DNA of 64,000 bases from Sphagnum compactum (Eukaryota): contig OZ234494.1 of the NCBI GenBank assembly GCA_965153455.1, positions 6,882,001 through 6,946,000 of the forward strand, read 5' to 3'. Below, in pieces: positions 1-13,559 of the stretch. Position 1 is the first letter of the stretch, and the number at the start of each line of letters is the position of its first letter. Made by a program: the position numbers and the translations under genes. The notes under the pieces were generated by a model that ran no database searches, was not told where the DNA came from, and was given only the letters and a program-made list of their open reading frames with translations.

Positions 1-32
1 GAAAAAAATTTGGGGATCTTCTCTGTTTGCAG

Positions 33-1798
33 GCTTTTGCTGGTCACAAATCAACATCAGCAGATTGGGTGCTGAGCATAACTTCACTTTCTGGAGCTTT
101 GAATGGCACAACTCGTGTCTTCCTTGATGGTATCTGGTTAGTGCAAAACTTCAACAAAAATTCACCTGATCTCCCGTTCATAAATTATCACAGAATTAAA
201 AATTCCACCTTCATTTGGGGAGGTAGGAAAAATAACACTACTCAGTATAAATAAATTAATGAAATTATAACGAAAGATCCAATTTACATAGCCAATGTAC
301 TTCTTAGTTTTTGTATGAGTTTTTCTTCAATCTGTCTTTTGAACTTTGAATGAATTCACCAGATGGGATTTTTACTAATTGAATTGAAACTGCTGTTGTT
401 GTTGTTGAAATGGATGCAGTCCAGAAGATGGTCAGACTATGAAAAGTATTAGTCTGTTACAAGTGCTGCGAGTTGCTGTTCTTGTGTACGAGTGGTTAGA
501 TATTCCAGCTCTGAAGAGATATTATGATTTTGGCTTTGATCACTACAACCTGCCTTGGCATAAGGCTGGGATGTCTGGTTTAAGAGATACCATGCTTGGT
601 CGTTCAGGCCCTTTTGCTAAGGGAAATTGGGTACTTCCAGATTTAAGCATTCAATATGCTGTAGAAGTGAATAAGAGATTGCAGACATATCCCAACACCT
701 ATTATTTCAGGTACACAAAAAATACAAAAGAACTTTTTCTGTTTTTCTATAGTTTTTTTGCCCAGATTCTTTTATGCTTGTGTTGAGTGTTGGAAATGAT
801 GGTGTGATTTTTTTTGCCCATGTGTCTTTGATTTTACAGCTATGCAACAAATCATACTAGGAAGGTGTTCTCTCAGAAATTGCCAAGAAGTTTTCTTGGG
901 ACACATCCATTGCTCTTTCTACGCGCTCTGCAAATGTGTCTTTGGCGACACCCATCACATCTACCTCCTCCCTATGAGGGTTACAGGTACAGAGAGCTTT
1001 TTTTTCAATGAAAACTTTGACAATTGGGTGGTGAAAAATGTTCAGAGATTTTTTCTTAAAGAATATGGAAAGGCAATTTAAACTAGAGTGTAGATGTAGG
1101 CTATATTAAACTAGACTGTTACTAAAATTGTCACATAAATTCTTCGGCCCTGCAGGGATGATGAGTGGCAAGATAATGATGGTGCACTTAACACAGTATC
1201 ACAGTTGTATCCACGGATTCCTCATGAACATCCACATTGTGAACTAGATATTGAATTCAATTATGATCAAGTTCTAAAACCTGGCATTTGGTATGATAGA
1301 CAAAACCCTTCTTTTAAATTGTTGTTTATTTATTTATTGTTTGTTTTGGCCATTTGTAAATAAAACTCAAAAGCTGTTTTTTCCATGTGTTTATTAAGCT
1401 GTTGGAAACTGTTAATTAGACTAATTAGATTTTCTATTAGTATTTGCAGGAACCTTTCACTCAGTGTTGAATTTTCAGTGAAAGCTTTTGTTCAAGTGTT
1501 TCCCTTAATGATTTGTGACAAAGTTGGGTTCTGTCTGACATTCATTGGGTTATAATAATAATCTTGACCCAATTTTTTTGGCAGGTATTACACCACACTT
1601 CAAGCAGATCACGTCTACTTTGTCATCAATCGGGACAGAGCTGGTGTACATTTTGATGTATTATATGATGGCATTTTCCAGCGGTGCCGAACACAGATGA
1701 AACGTGTTCTGAAGTCATCACAAACTGTGGAAGCAGCTGTGAAATCAATATGTGTTTGCGAAAATGAATGTGTTTGCCGACTTAGACTGTTTGAATAA
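33..1798 (+). CDS. Alpha/beta-hydrolase (lipase-like) gene, last 5 coding exons; 5' part lies outside the window
   Basis: GT-AG exons 33-136, 420-710, 840-986, 1156-1290 and 1585-1798 join in frame. Translation: WVLSITSLSGALNGTTRVFLDGICPEDG...LQTYPNTYYFSYAT...WQDNDGALNTVSQ...PGIWYYTTLQADHVYF, stop TAA 1796-1798. The NDG and DH motifs fit the catalytic Asp and His regions of this plant lipase family. Confidence 0.92.
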
Positions 1799-3093
1799 GT
1801 AACACAGTAGGCACAGGTTTTTTTCTAGGCAATGTTATTATATTCCTTCTTCACACTCTCTTTCAATTGTTGGAGGAGAATTCCATAATTTTTTTGCCCC
1901 TGTTATTTCAAAGGGAGAAAAAGTTGTTTAGAGATCAAAAACCCACTGCTTGCTTTTTTTCATCATTTGTTGGAGATTTCTGTAATTTCTGCCATTTTTT
2001 GGTTTTACAGACAGACAAGACAGACAGAGAAGTGGTTTAGAAATTCAAAAACTCTCTGCTTGCTTTTTTCATCAAATGTGCTTTGGACTTCATAGAGCAC
2101 GAATTTTTTTGGGTTGCTTTACTTTCCTTGGGCAGAAATGATCTAGAGCATGATCTCTCTGTAACAAGGGATGGATTATTGGAAACTGTTATTTTGAGGC
2201 AGATGCTGACGATGATAATGATGATTATCAGTGTTTCATTGATTAAGTAGATCAGAGTATCAGTGACAAGAGACCTGCAATTAGTAGGAGCACCAGCTCA
2301 CATGAATTGCTGTGGATCAGCTCCTTTGTGGTGACATGAAGAAGAAGATGAGTTTATCCACTTTGCAACAGTTTTTTAAAAGTCTCACCTTTCTGATTTC
2401 CTGAGGGAGGTTGTTGTGATTCCTGGAGCTGGTTGGTTTTGTCTCCTCTGCGCCAGAGCATCAGTTTGTCTCTTGCTGGCAAGAGTTGGGTTGCCTCTTG
2501 CTGGAGTTGTTTCTATCTTGCAGTTGGTCCAGTTTTGTTTTCCTCTTGCTGCAGTTTCTTTCTTTTGTGCTTTTTATTTTCCTTAAGTAACCTACATGAA
2601 CAACTTTCTAAAGTTTCCCAGAATAGCCTTGATGTTTTGACACTTCTTCTACCAAACAGTTTGAAACTTCGAATTTTGAAAGTCTCATACAAAACATTTA
2701 TCTTGATGTTTCTCAGACTAAACAATTTGAAAAACTAAGATAGCTTCCAAGTTTATCACAAAAACAACAATGTGAGGTTCCTCAGACCAAATATTTGTTT
2801 AGGTTTCTGCCTTGTACACACAGATGCCAATTTCCTTGTCTGAGGTTTCTCAGGCGCATGACAATTCTTGCAGCTGCAAATCCACACAGGAGATAGAAAG
2901 GTTTTGCTGTTGTTAACCATATCTGGAATCTGAAAATCAGACCAACAAACCCCACAGAGAAAAAAGAGTTTCCCACATACATACAATTCTGTTGCATTAT
3001 TGACATCGAGGAGCTTATCATTTTCGCCTTTTATGTTTGTCTTTTTCTGAGTTGTGAAAAAGCTGAGGAAAACAGATCCATATCAACAGATCG

Positions 3094-3124
<31 letters not shown>

Positions 3125-3292
3125 TTCCGGAATCATCTGTCTGGCTGTTGCAGAAGAAGAGCGTCATCATCATCATCTTGTGTTGCTTTGCTGTGTTGTG
3201 TGGGTGGGTTGTTGTAATTCTTCTTCTTTTGGACTTGTGAGAGTGCCAGTGAAAGCTTGGAAGTACAGAGGGTTTGCAGCCAGCAGAAAGTA

Positions 3293-5182
3293 ATGGGTCC
3301 TAGTGATCTTCCTCGTTTGTTTGGGAGGTTTAGGGTGGCGATGGTGCTGGTCCTGCTGCTGCTTGTGATCAGCAGCAGCAGTGGAGGAGCAGGAGGAGCG
3401 AGAGCAGAAGACAGAAACACGGCATTCAGTCCCTGTGATGATACCACCGTACTCAAGGGAGATGGATTCACGTTTGGACTGCTGATCGGCAGCAACGCTT
3501 CCTTCTTCTTTCAGAACAACCGAACCACCCAAGTGTCTCCCTGCAGCCTGCATCCGGAGGGAAACTTGTTGTCCACTCGCTTGTCCGTGTTTCGTCCCAA
3601 GGTTGACGAGATCTCTCTCCTCATTGTCAACTACACCGAAGTGAACCCTGTGAGCTCTCTCTCTCTCTCTCTCTCTGCTCCTGATCCCAAAAAATTTCTC
3701 TAAGATTTCAGAAACTGTGAACATGGAAGACTTGTGGCATTTGAGCATCAAACCCTAATTTTGACCCCAGGTATTGACTGCAGCAGCAGCAGCAGCTTCC
3801 TCTCTTGTTCCTGGTTTCTGCAACTTCTCTTCTGCTGTCTCATCGATCTTCTCTTCTGCTGTCTCTCTGTGCTTCTTATTCCCAACTTTTTTCTCTAGGA
3901 TTGCAGAAACTGTGAGCAAGGAAGCTTTGTGCGATATGAGCACCAAACCCTAATTTTGACCCCAAGGCATTGATTGCAGCAGCAGCTGCTGCTGCTTTCC
4001 TCTCTTGTCCCTGGTTGCTGCAACTTCTCTTCTGCAATGCACTTCTGCTGAGCTTTACTTACTGCCCAGCAAGGGGAGCTCACTTTGGGCTTTTTCTTTC
4101 CCTCTACATTGCATTTCTTGATGGTGTAAAACTAACTGTGGATGGATGCTGTTGTTGGGGTGGGCTGCTTGTTTGTTTGTTTGTTGGTTGTGGTTCCTTC
4201 TACCTTAGTTCGTTTGTTTTTTTTTCCACTGACTTTGTCAGATGCTCCATGCATTTCTTGATGGTGCAAACCTATCTGTGGATGATGCTGTTGTTGGGGT
4301 TTGGTTGTTTGTTTGTTTGTTGTGTTTCTTCTAACCCCCCCTTTTTTTTTCACCTGAATTTTTCAATTGCTCTGTGCAATTTTCTTTGGCAGGAGAACTT
4401 TGGTCTCGGTGGTTATGCTGTTGCTTATGCAGGGAGTCGGTTTGCAGCTGTTTCAGTACCCCAATTTCTTGCCAACTCCAGCTACCACATTACCAGTCTC
4501 TCACTGGTAAATACTCTTTCCTCGAATGTGTGCAGCTTGAATGCTAAATGCTTGACACAGAATTTAGCTGCCCAGAAATCTTTGCTTGTCATGAAGCAGG
4601 AATTTTGATTCTGCTGCTGGCTGCTGGATGAGCAAGAAGTAAATAGTCTTGGTTAATCTAGAACTAAAGATTTGCATTGCAAGATTGATGAATTTCTCGT
4701 CACTTGGGTTAGGTTGAGGATTTTGTCAAGATAATGATTTTTCTTGCTGAGCATTTGCAAGCAGGGAAAAAACTGTTATCACCCCACTGGCTCTCAGAAA
4801 ATTTGCTTCTTAAGAAACAAATGAGAATCTGAAGAAAACAGTTCCTTGACCAAAGTTGACATTGGTGCAGGTACTGGACTTTGACACAGGTAGACTCAAA
4901 ACACCTCTGTGGAAGAGTGATGGATGCAAAGCTTGTCAAGGCAATTCCTCATTTGTCTGTGTGCATGGTGAGTGTGCAATTCCGAGTAAATACTGCAAAG
5001 GCTCAGGAGGCATGGAGGATTGCAGTCTTAGCATCCAACTCACATGGTCAGGCACTGATCAGCGATACCAAGTTCTCAATTCCTGGTACCAGATCAACAA
5101 TCTGGGCCAGTACTCTCTATACAACCTCTACAGTAATCTCATGAGTAGCCTTAGCAATCAGTACAACTCATACTTCCATTGA
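3293..5182 (+). CDS. Secreted Cys-rich plant protein of unknown function, 260 aa, 3 exons (At3g11800/At3g44150-like by recollection)
   Basis: Exons 3293-3649, 4393-4506 and 4871-5182 with GT-AG introns, all phase 0. Hydrophobic signal peptide (VAMVLVLLLLVIS) followed by FSPCDD..GDGFTFG, QVSPC, LSVFRPKVDEISLL, LWKSDGCKAC, CSLSIQLTWSGTD and LNSWYQINNLGQYSLYNLYSNL. Confidence 0.9.
3684..4036 (+). repeat. Tandem duplication (195-bp period) in intron 1, each copy carrying a telobox
   Basis: CAGAAACTGTGA...AAACCCTAATTTTGACCCC...GCAGCAGCAGC...CTGCAACTTCTCTTCTGC occurs twice. AAACCCTAA is at 3750-3758 and 3945-3953. Confidence 0.85.
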
Positions 5183-6419
5183 ATTTTCATCCCACAACAA
5201 GTGCATCATGACCTCTGTCTGTACTCATAAAACTTAGGCTTCTTGCTTGCTGCACGATTTCTTGTGACCAACCATAAATCAGATGCAAAACAATTCATGT
5301 GTGTTTTGAAAAGAGATTGAGCAAAAGAGATGATGGGTTGTGGGCAGCAGCAAACCACTTGCAACTTTGAAAGTGTGACAGTGGTGGAATTAATTGTTTG
5401 TCCCTTGATTACAACTTCATATCAGCAGCAGCAAGATATGGAGATCATGATGACAATTGTGAGGAGACAGATCCATTACTTATAAGGCAGAAGTTGTCTG
5501 TTAGGGACAGAACTAGAAGACAAGCACCCACACCCACAAGAGGTGATGACTTCTTTTCACTCTGCCATTTCTATCAATCCTGGTTCTGATTTGTTTGTAA
5601 TAAAAAGAATCGGGTTTATATATGTGGGTTGGTATTTGTCTCTGGCCTATTTGCAGTCCCAGTATTGGTTTTATGGGTGGGGTTGGGAAAAAGTAAAACA
5701 ACTAAACTTGGATGTCAGAAATTTTTTGCAGGATCACTTACTGAGCATTGCTGGAGTTGCTCTAAGAAACCTTAATGAAACTTTAATGATTAGGATATGC
5801 GAGATATTTTCACATGAAAAATTATCAAATTTTCAAAACATATTGAAATGTGTTCATCACTTAACGTTTCAATCTATTTTATTGTGAATTACAACTTTAT
5901 TGTGTTAATCATTTACATTTTACCCCCATTTACATGTGATAAAAGACTTGTTATATTCTTATGTATTGAAAACTCAAATGTATTAATGAAATGTTCAAAT
6001 TACCATTTCTTTTTAATAATGAGTGTTATTTTAATGTCACATTAAGTTTTTAATTACCCAAAGCTTTTTTACTATCAACAAGTTCATATTAAGGAAATCA
6101 AGGGGTCCTTAACGAATTGAACATTGTTTGACACAAACAATTGGTTGATTTCAAAAGTTCTTAACTAAAATCAAAACATTAAATTGGATTGAATGAATTT
6201 TTGTTATGAAATTTTTAACTCAAATTATTCATTCAACACAACTTGGCATGATTATCATAACTTTAAAATGTTAAAACATAAACATATCTATTATATTTTG
6301 CAATTTTCATTGTGCTCGTGTCACCCTTTTTGGCTCATATAAGTTTGTTTTGACTAGCATAGTACATGTAGAATTCTCTCATTAGTTTGGGGACATTTGG
6401 TGTTTTAAAACCTATGAAG

Positions 6420-9400
6420 AGACATTTTGCACAAGGCTTTGAAAAAAACAATTCATAACTTCATTTTTTCATCATTTAATGTTTTGAGTTCATTAAACAT
6501 TTTATTTAATGGTATTGCAAGTGCAGAATGTATTGTGGTACCATTAATATTAAATGTTGCTTTTCCTATGTATGATAATTTCATCACTTTTGGTTTTAGA
6601 GAGTCAGCATTTGTAGTTTCTTTTTATATAATATTGTAACATGTTTTGTATGAAGCACATTAATGTATACGTTTTTCCTATTCCTGCACCTCATGTTAAA
6701 AAAAAAGCGTAATGGTTTTGTTGGACTTTTTTTTTTCTTGTATAAAATATCATCCACAATAATTTTTTGTTCATCATTAAGTTCTCTCAAATTTGTGATG
6801 CAAATTTTTCATATGGAACACGTTCATTAACTTGTTGACAAACAATTGTATCAAATTGTTTTTAGGTTGCAAATGGTTTTCAAACGTTAAGATATGGTTC
6901 AACTTCTTTCATGTTTGTAGATAACACATTTTTGTGCGGATCACTTGTTTTAATAATAGTTTCATTCGAAAAAAAAAATTCCCACCCATTTATTTCATTC
7001 ATTTTTCTATATTCTTTTACTTGTTCTTGTAGATGATCCCATTCATCACCATATTTATTATTTTTATTAAATTCGTATACAAATTTGTTTCTTATTTTTT
7101 CAATTTCATTGTGTTTTTCATGTTTCCATGAAATATAATTGTATTTCAAATCAAATTTTAATTTGCAAAAATGATGGAACAAAAGTAGTAATTTTTTATA
7201 ATGACTTTTTGGGTCTTTATGAAGATTGAATGAAACCCAACAAATAATTTCATCATGTCCACATTTTTTACATGTTTTATTGTTGTAATTACCATTAATT
7301 TTTTCTAATTAAATAAATATTTTCCAAACATGATGTCGTTCTTTATATTTATCAGCTAATGATTTACACTACATGTTTGTTGACAGTCTGGGTAAATTGT
7401 GTAATTTTTTTGTGGCAACAACACAAAAGTTCTTTCATGTTCACTACATGTATTTATGAACTAAAATGATTTTGTTGAATGATAAAAAAATGGAATTGAT
7501 AATGATATGTGAACTACTTGCTAAATAGACATTTGTTATGCATTTAGAAATGTATTTCTTAGTTTTTTTATTCATTTGGATGCTTCATATTGTTCATGTT
7601 TACATTTGTGTAACAAATTTGTTTATTTTGTCAAATTAGAAGTGCAATAAGCTACAACAAAATATGGATCTAAAACATATTGCGCATCTATATTTGCTTC
7701 CCACATAGGTCATGCATGTATGCTAAAATATTTGTTTGTATATCATTTGCTTTATGTTTCAAAAATAATGTTGGTTTTCAAATAGAGGATCGTAATGCAA
7801 AAATGTAGTAATATTCATTTGCATTTAAATCTATAAAAAAAATTCAAAAGAAATATTTACACCTATCCCATATCAACAAGGTTTTTAAAATATTATTTGC
7901 AATTTCATGAAATTTTGGAACACGATCATATTCATTTAATGGCAATAATATTGTAGTGGATTTCATTCAAGGTTTAGGATATTGAAATCGACAAGTTGGC
8001 TGATTCTTTTTTGGACAAGTTCATTTGTGCCTATGTATTTGTGCACTACACATTTCAACTATAATAAAAAATTTATCAATTGTTTAATATTTATTAACAA
8101 AAATTTCAATAGTTTTATTTGATGAAATGCCAAATTGAGGAGCATTTTGAACCCACAAAATCCATGATCAAGGGCTAATCCTCTATTTTGAAATTCAATA
8201 ACAAAAAAAAAATCTTGAATTTCACCAAACAATACATTATTTTATTTTATTTTAATCAAAAATTATTCATCCTATGTTGATAATAACGTACACATGCCAC
8301 AAGATTGTTTCTGACAAGTTCTCTAAAATTTAATAAGATATTTTTGAAATTTTGTTTTCAATACATGTTGGTCATGCAATTCTTTTAAATGTTTCAATTA
8401 ATGTGGGCCAATTGTTAATACCCATGGTGAATGTTACAAACAAAGTTCGAAGACCTAGTTGTCTAATCATTGCAAAAACATTTTTGCGAAGACGATATAA
8501 ATATTTTGGAGATGTTCTTATACGTCCTAATTCTTTGTATCTTAAATTAACTTTCAATAATTTATCTAATTTAACATTATTTGACACATCATTAACTATG
8601 AAAACACAACCTAATAATTTTTCTTTTCGAATATGAATCCAAGTAGAAGATAGTATGAAATGTATTACAATTTCATTTGTTGCAAAAACAATTTACTTAC
8701 ATGGTATGCAAATTTTCTATCGTCACTTATTAGTTCTACTTATGCAATTTCTTGATATAAACATTGAAAAGGTCATGGATGACCAAAAAATAATATTGGA
8801 AAATATTTATATTCTTGTAAATGAATATCATGAAATAGCCCAAGAGGTCGAAATCATTCTCCTAGAGCAATGATTATTGAATCTTGTTTGTCATCGATTA
8901 TATGTTTAGGGTTTTAAATGTTTTCCACTAATGTATCCATATTATCTTCTTCCATAATTTCTTCAAATGTTTCAAAATTATTAGAATCAAAAGTTTTTTA
9001 AAAAAATTATATTGTGTATTTTCATTTGCATTTGCAAGTTCAACCAACCCTTACCAATTTGGTTTTATTGAAACATTGCATCTATGTATAATGGAGTTTC
9101 ACAAAGTTTTTGTAATGCTTTCATAATTATGTTAGGATGAATGTAACCTAACATATATATTGACTTGTATTCTAATTTTCTTTTTAAAAATTCAGCAATT
9201 GAAGAATCATCATATGGCATTATTGGTAATATGTTTTGCATCAAATTTAAATTTGTTGGAACATTCACAGTGCTTCCATGCATTCTATATTGTCCACAAC
9301 CTTGTGATTGAGATATTTGTGCAAATGCAAGGCATGGTGCAATTAAATGTTCTTATATTTTATTAAGTGTTGTAACACATTTCATGTTTGGTTTGTTATT

Positions 9401-9800
9401 CATAATACAATTTTGTAATGTTAAATCTAAAGGTTTTTGTAGATCAATTTTTTTCAAAAATATTTACAAATAAAAATGCGATCATTTGTTTTGATGTCTT
9501 GTATTACATCAAGGAGTTTTTAAATGTATGATTTTGATGCAAAACAAATTTGAAATTAAAAAAATAATCTGACAATAATAACAAACATGTTTAACAGTGT
9601 CTTGAATATCTTTTTTATATTTGATAATATGCATATCATCTTTTTTAGTTTATTATTATCTTATTTGATTTTTAAAAATTCAAAACATGATGTGGATTGG
9701 GTGTGGATTATTTTTACTTGTAGGACCAATGATATTATCTTTAATATTGTTATGATTTTGTATGTTTTCAATTGGAGTTATTTTTTCCTTAATTAAAATT
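6420..9800 (-). mobile_element. Degenerate Helentron/Helitron2-type RepHel rolling-circle transposase relic, with frameshifts, stops and a truncated helicase
   Basis: Minus-strand motifs in the expected order: HLIAPCLAFAQI..GQYRMHGSTVNVP..LP..FLKRKLEYKS..ALQKL..PLY (~9065-9360); IRTSPKYL..LRKNVFAMIRQLG..TLFVTFT (~8400-8530); VIEFQNRGLA.DHG (~8160-8205); QIHRHK*TCPKKNQPTCRFQYPKP (~7970-8045); WEANIDAQYVLDPYF..AYCTSNLTK (~7630-7705); start of a PIF1 helicase, LNDEQKIIVD...GKATFNINGTTIHSALAIP (~6500-6790). Confidence 0.88.
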
Positions 9801-12441
9801 AAATATGAAAAAAAATTAGCAACTCATAGAATAAACTTGAAACAAGTGAGCGATGGAAAGAAAATTGCAAACAAAGCTCAAATCAAAGTCCTTCAAATGT
9901 CACAAAACTTATAGATTATAAACAAAACAAGACAAGATGTTAGAAGAAAATGCTTCAGGAATAAAACCAAATAGCATTATATAGCAGCCCATAATAATTC
10001 ATCACCTTCATAAGAGGTATGTTAAGGTGTACAAAATTAGGGTTTAGATTTAGGAAGTTAGGTTTGTATTGAATATAGGGCTATAATGGATTAGGCTTTA
10101 CAATTATATAGGTTCACAATTACATCTAAGTCAATAGTGGATTAGGGTTTAAATCTAGATTGACTTTAGGGTAAAATTTTCAGGGTTCCTTACCACTACT
10201 CCTTCTACTAAACCTTAAAATATTCTAGATTAGTAGTAACCTTTAACAACAAATTATTGCTAATTAAAAATGCATTAAATGGTTGCATGGATACAAAGAA
10301 ATAGGGGGAAGGGGTTACATTTGACACATAATTAGATATTTTAAATCAATTCAAATTAAGATTAATTTGATTTTTAAAAATCATACAAATGTTCATGAAT
10401 TTTCCTAATTGGGTTAATGATCAGTAATGTATTTTCAACCCATGTGTGTAAAAAATGCAATGTGGGATCATGTGTGAAGAGATCTAATAACAAGAAGCAA
10501 AGTGATAAAACCCCTCTAGGTATATAGTTCTAAGATTGAATTTTCAAAGGAGATCCAACCAAATTGGGAACCACAAGTAATTTGAAAACAAAACCCAAAA
10601 CTAGATATATGACAAAGTAACAAGAATAACCAACCCAAAAATGTTCAAAATAAATATGAATCAATTAAATCTTACATAATTAGAGAATTGGGGGCATTTG
10701 CAAATTTAAGTGGCAAAGAACCAATTAACTAGTTATTGTCTAATAATATGTTCTAGCAATATGTATAGCCAAGTTTTCAAAAGTCAAGGAATGAATACAC
10801 TTCTTAATTATTGCATTAGTAATTTCACCTCCCCTGCATGTGTTGAGTCAATGCATGCCACTATGTGCTCATTTGACACACAAATAAAATGACAGTTAAA
10901 GACCACACATATTAATATACAATCACAAATGACAAATTGAATATCTATGGTGTTCAAAAGAGGAGAAAATGGGCTTAAAAAAGCTCCCCATTTAAGAAAC
11001 ATTTGAAATGATCATATTAAAGATTGCAAAGGAAGAAAACCTAAAAAGAAAACTTTCATTGTTGTACAAATAAACCCTTCTTTTACATATTTACAAGCAT
11101 GTACAATTTTGACCATGTTGAAAGAGGTGATATATATTTAAATGAACATGATTCAAAAAATTATTACTTTCACTAAACTGTATACTTGTGCATGAAGTAA
11201 AGTGTCATGTTCCAGGGTAATTGGTTACATAGTGCCTCTTTTTGTTAAGCCATCCCTTATAAATGGAATCTGTAACTTTTTCCCAGTCAAAAAGTCTACA
11301 AATATAACAATGTGAAAAAAATTATTGCAGTATATGAATATGTAAAAATTAATGTGATTGCAAAAAAAAAACTCCACAAAAACTTGTAGCTAATAAATGT
11401 TTTGGCAAAAAACGGGGGAAAATGATAAGGGGTTTTGTTTTATACTTCTAATTGTCATTCACAGAGTATTAGACCATCAACTTGTAGTGACTTGCTACCA
11501 TTGCTCCCCACCAACTTTGGGTGTAGTTAAGAATATTATAATCTGGTTTTAAGTTATGGCATATAATAATAAAGAAATCTATCTTGAGTTTCTATCACAA
11601 TCCAAAGCCATTGGAAGAGACTCATGCATAATGTTGGTTGCCATTTGAACATCTAAGCATAGATATTAACTCATATATCTAACTATCTATGCACATCTTA
11701 ACTTTGCTTTGGAGATCCTACAATCCACATCCTAAAACAATTTATAGCACCCAAAAAACACACATGGAATCCCTTCAAAATTCAATGAATGGAATGATGG
11801 TGCCTGAAAAGTGGACAACAAGTATTTTAGGTCAAACTTGCTAACAAAATAATCAGGCATAAATGCATGTAGGTAGCTATGTCTTTTCATCATATGTCCA
11901 CTTTACCAAGCCACACAATTGTTAGGGCTATGCTTAACAACAATATGAAGAATGGCATATGGTCTACCAGTTAAGTTTCACTTGGCACTTTACGGCTATT
12001 GGTTCCCTCTCCTAGTATAAGGGCTAATATCTACCATACCTACTAGTGAATTGAATCCACAACTAGGTGCAAGTCATGATCATAGCCATTTTGGTAATTG
12101 GTTATATATTAATCCTCCACATTTACTATCTACACCAAGGATGGTTTTCTTGTGTTCAACCCCAATAGGTAACTACACTATGATACTTGATCACCAGCCC
12201 AATGTTCACACTCCTACAAGTTAGATGCCCTTGGACCAAATGTACCACTGTATAGGTGAATCTAGATGCGACTAGTGGTACCACTATCTTTGATCAGTAC
12301 CATCATAACCTTGTAAATATCACTCATAGAGTATCAAACCATCACATTTTTCACATGCAAAAATTGATGGTGCAAACCATCAACTCAATGTAGTACACTG
12401 AATAAAGTCAGAGAAGGGGAAGATGGCACTTCTCTTTTCAC

Positions 12442-12976
12442 CTATCTAGAAGCCATTGGTGGTTTGCTAAAGCATCATCATAAGTTGGAATTGAACCATT
12501 TATTCGTGTGACATGTTGCATTATGTGACATATGGTTGCACATTGAGTGTTTATAATGCAATCACATTTTGAAAAAATCTATGTTACATAGTAGAATAAC
12601 TACATGAAAACTAAACAATTATCATTAGTTCATGTACAAGAAGAAAAAAACATCTACCAAGTACAAGAGTAACCTTTGACACTTGTTAGAAGGCATCATA
12701 CATAACATCATGAACAGAACATACCTTGATAGACTCAAGCTCAGTAAGACATACTACCACTTCCTTGTCCACTTGTGAGAACTTAGATAGGGTTAAGGCA
12801 ATTTGTTGATCATCATCATCCAAATCATTTAAAGCATTTTGTGTTGACAAGAGCTTGAGGGCTTTGGCCCTACTCTATGTTCATCTATCTCCATGTATTC
12901 CAATCATATACTATCATCCAATTTATCAACATGATCTCCACCTTGCTCAAAGAATTTTGTGTCCACTCCTTTTGAC
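12442..12976 (-). pseudogene. Two-exon fragment of an OTU-domain deubiquitinase gene (plant OTU9-12 type, N-terminal part)
   Basis: Exon 12976-12725 (AG and GT flanked) ends DDDDQQIALTLSKFSQVDKEVVVCLTELESIK. Exon 12515-12442 reads HVTRINGSIPTYDDALANHQWLLDR and is followed by GT, matching the family motif HVPRINGEIP..D.A..DHQRLLDR. It has an internal stop, a frameshift and an acceptor mutated to TGCAA. No catalytic-domain exons were recognised. Confidence 0.78.
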
Positions 12977-13559
12977 CTACTATATGTTATTGCAGTTGTA
13001 TCAATTCAGTTATGGGCTAGAAATGATGCCTACAAAAAGCCACTAAAGATGTGAAATGAAACACTCTTCCATGGCATAGATACATGAAATCTGAGTTTAG
13101 GTCAGAAATTCTCATAGGTGTGTGTAAACAAACCTAAGGGCAGGTCCAAATTTGGCTAACCTAAGTGCTATGAAATTGTGGCCAATCTAGCCTCCCATTG
13201 ATTGTACTTTCAAAGTATATGGAAAATTCATTATTGTTTGTAACATGATTGAATATCATTGGTATGTTTTAACTTTGGATTTGAACACATAACTTACAAA
13301 AAACCTAAAATTCTAAGGTAGGGCAAACATCCTTTAATTTTTAAAATAACATCCATCTAGATGATCAATTCACATGTATCTCAATATGCCAACTCATCAC
13401 CTAAAAAAAAAAAACAACACCCCATTAATGCAGCAAAAACTGATGTTGGTTTCAAAGGTATATGAGGCCCATTTGATGAGGCCAAATTTAAAGGTTGAAG
13501 GTTCAATGCATTAAAGTTGAAGTTTAACATGCAAGTGCTCATTAATAGAACTAGTAAGG

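Noticed and set aside
3970-4608. 212-aa ORF and overlapping antisense ORFs (3133-3751 and others)
   Set aside because: These are mostly intronic low-complexity sequence or the antisense shadow of exon 1. Only 4393-4506 is a real exon.
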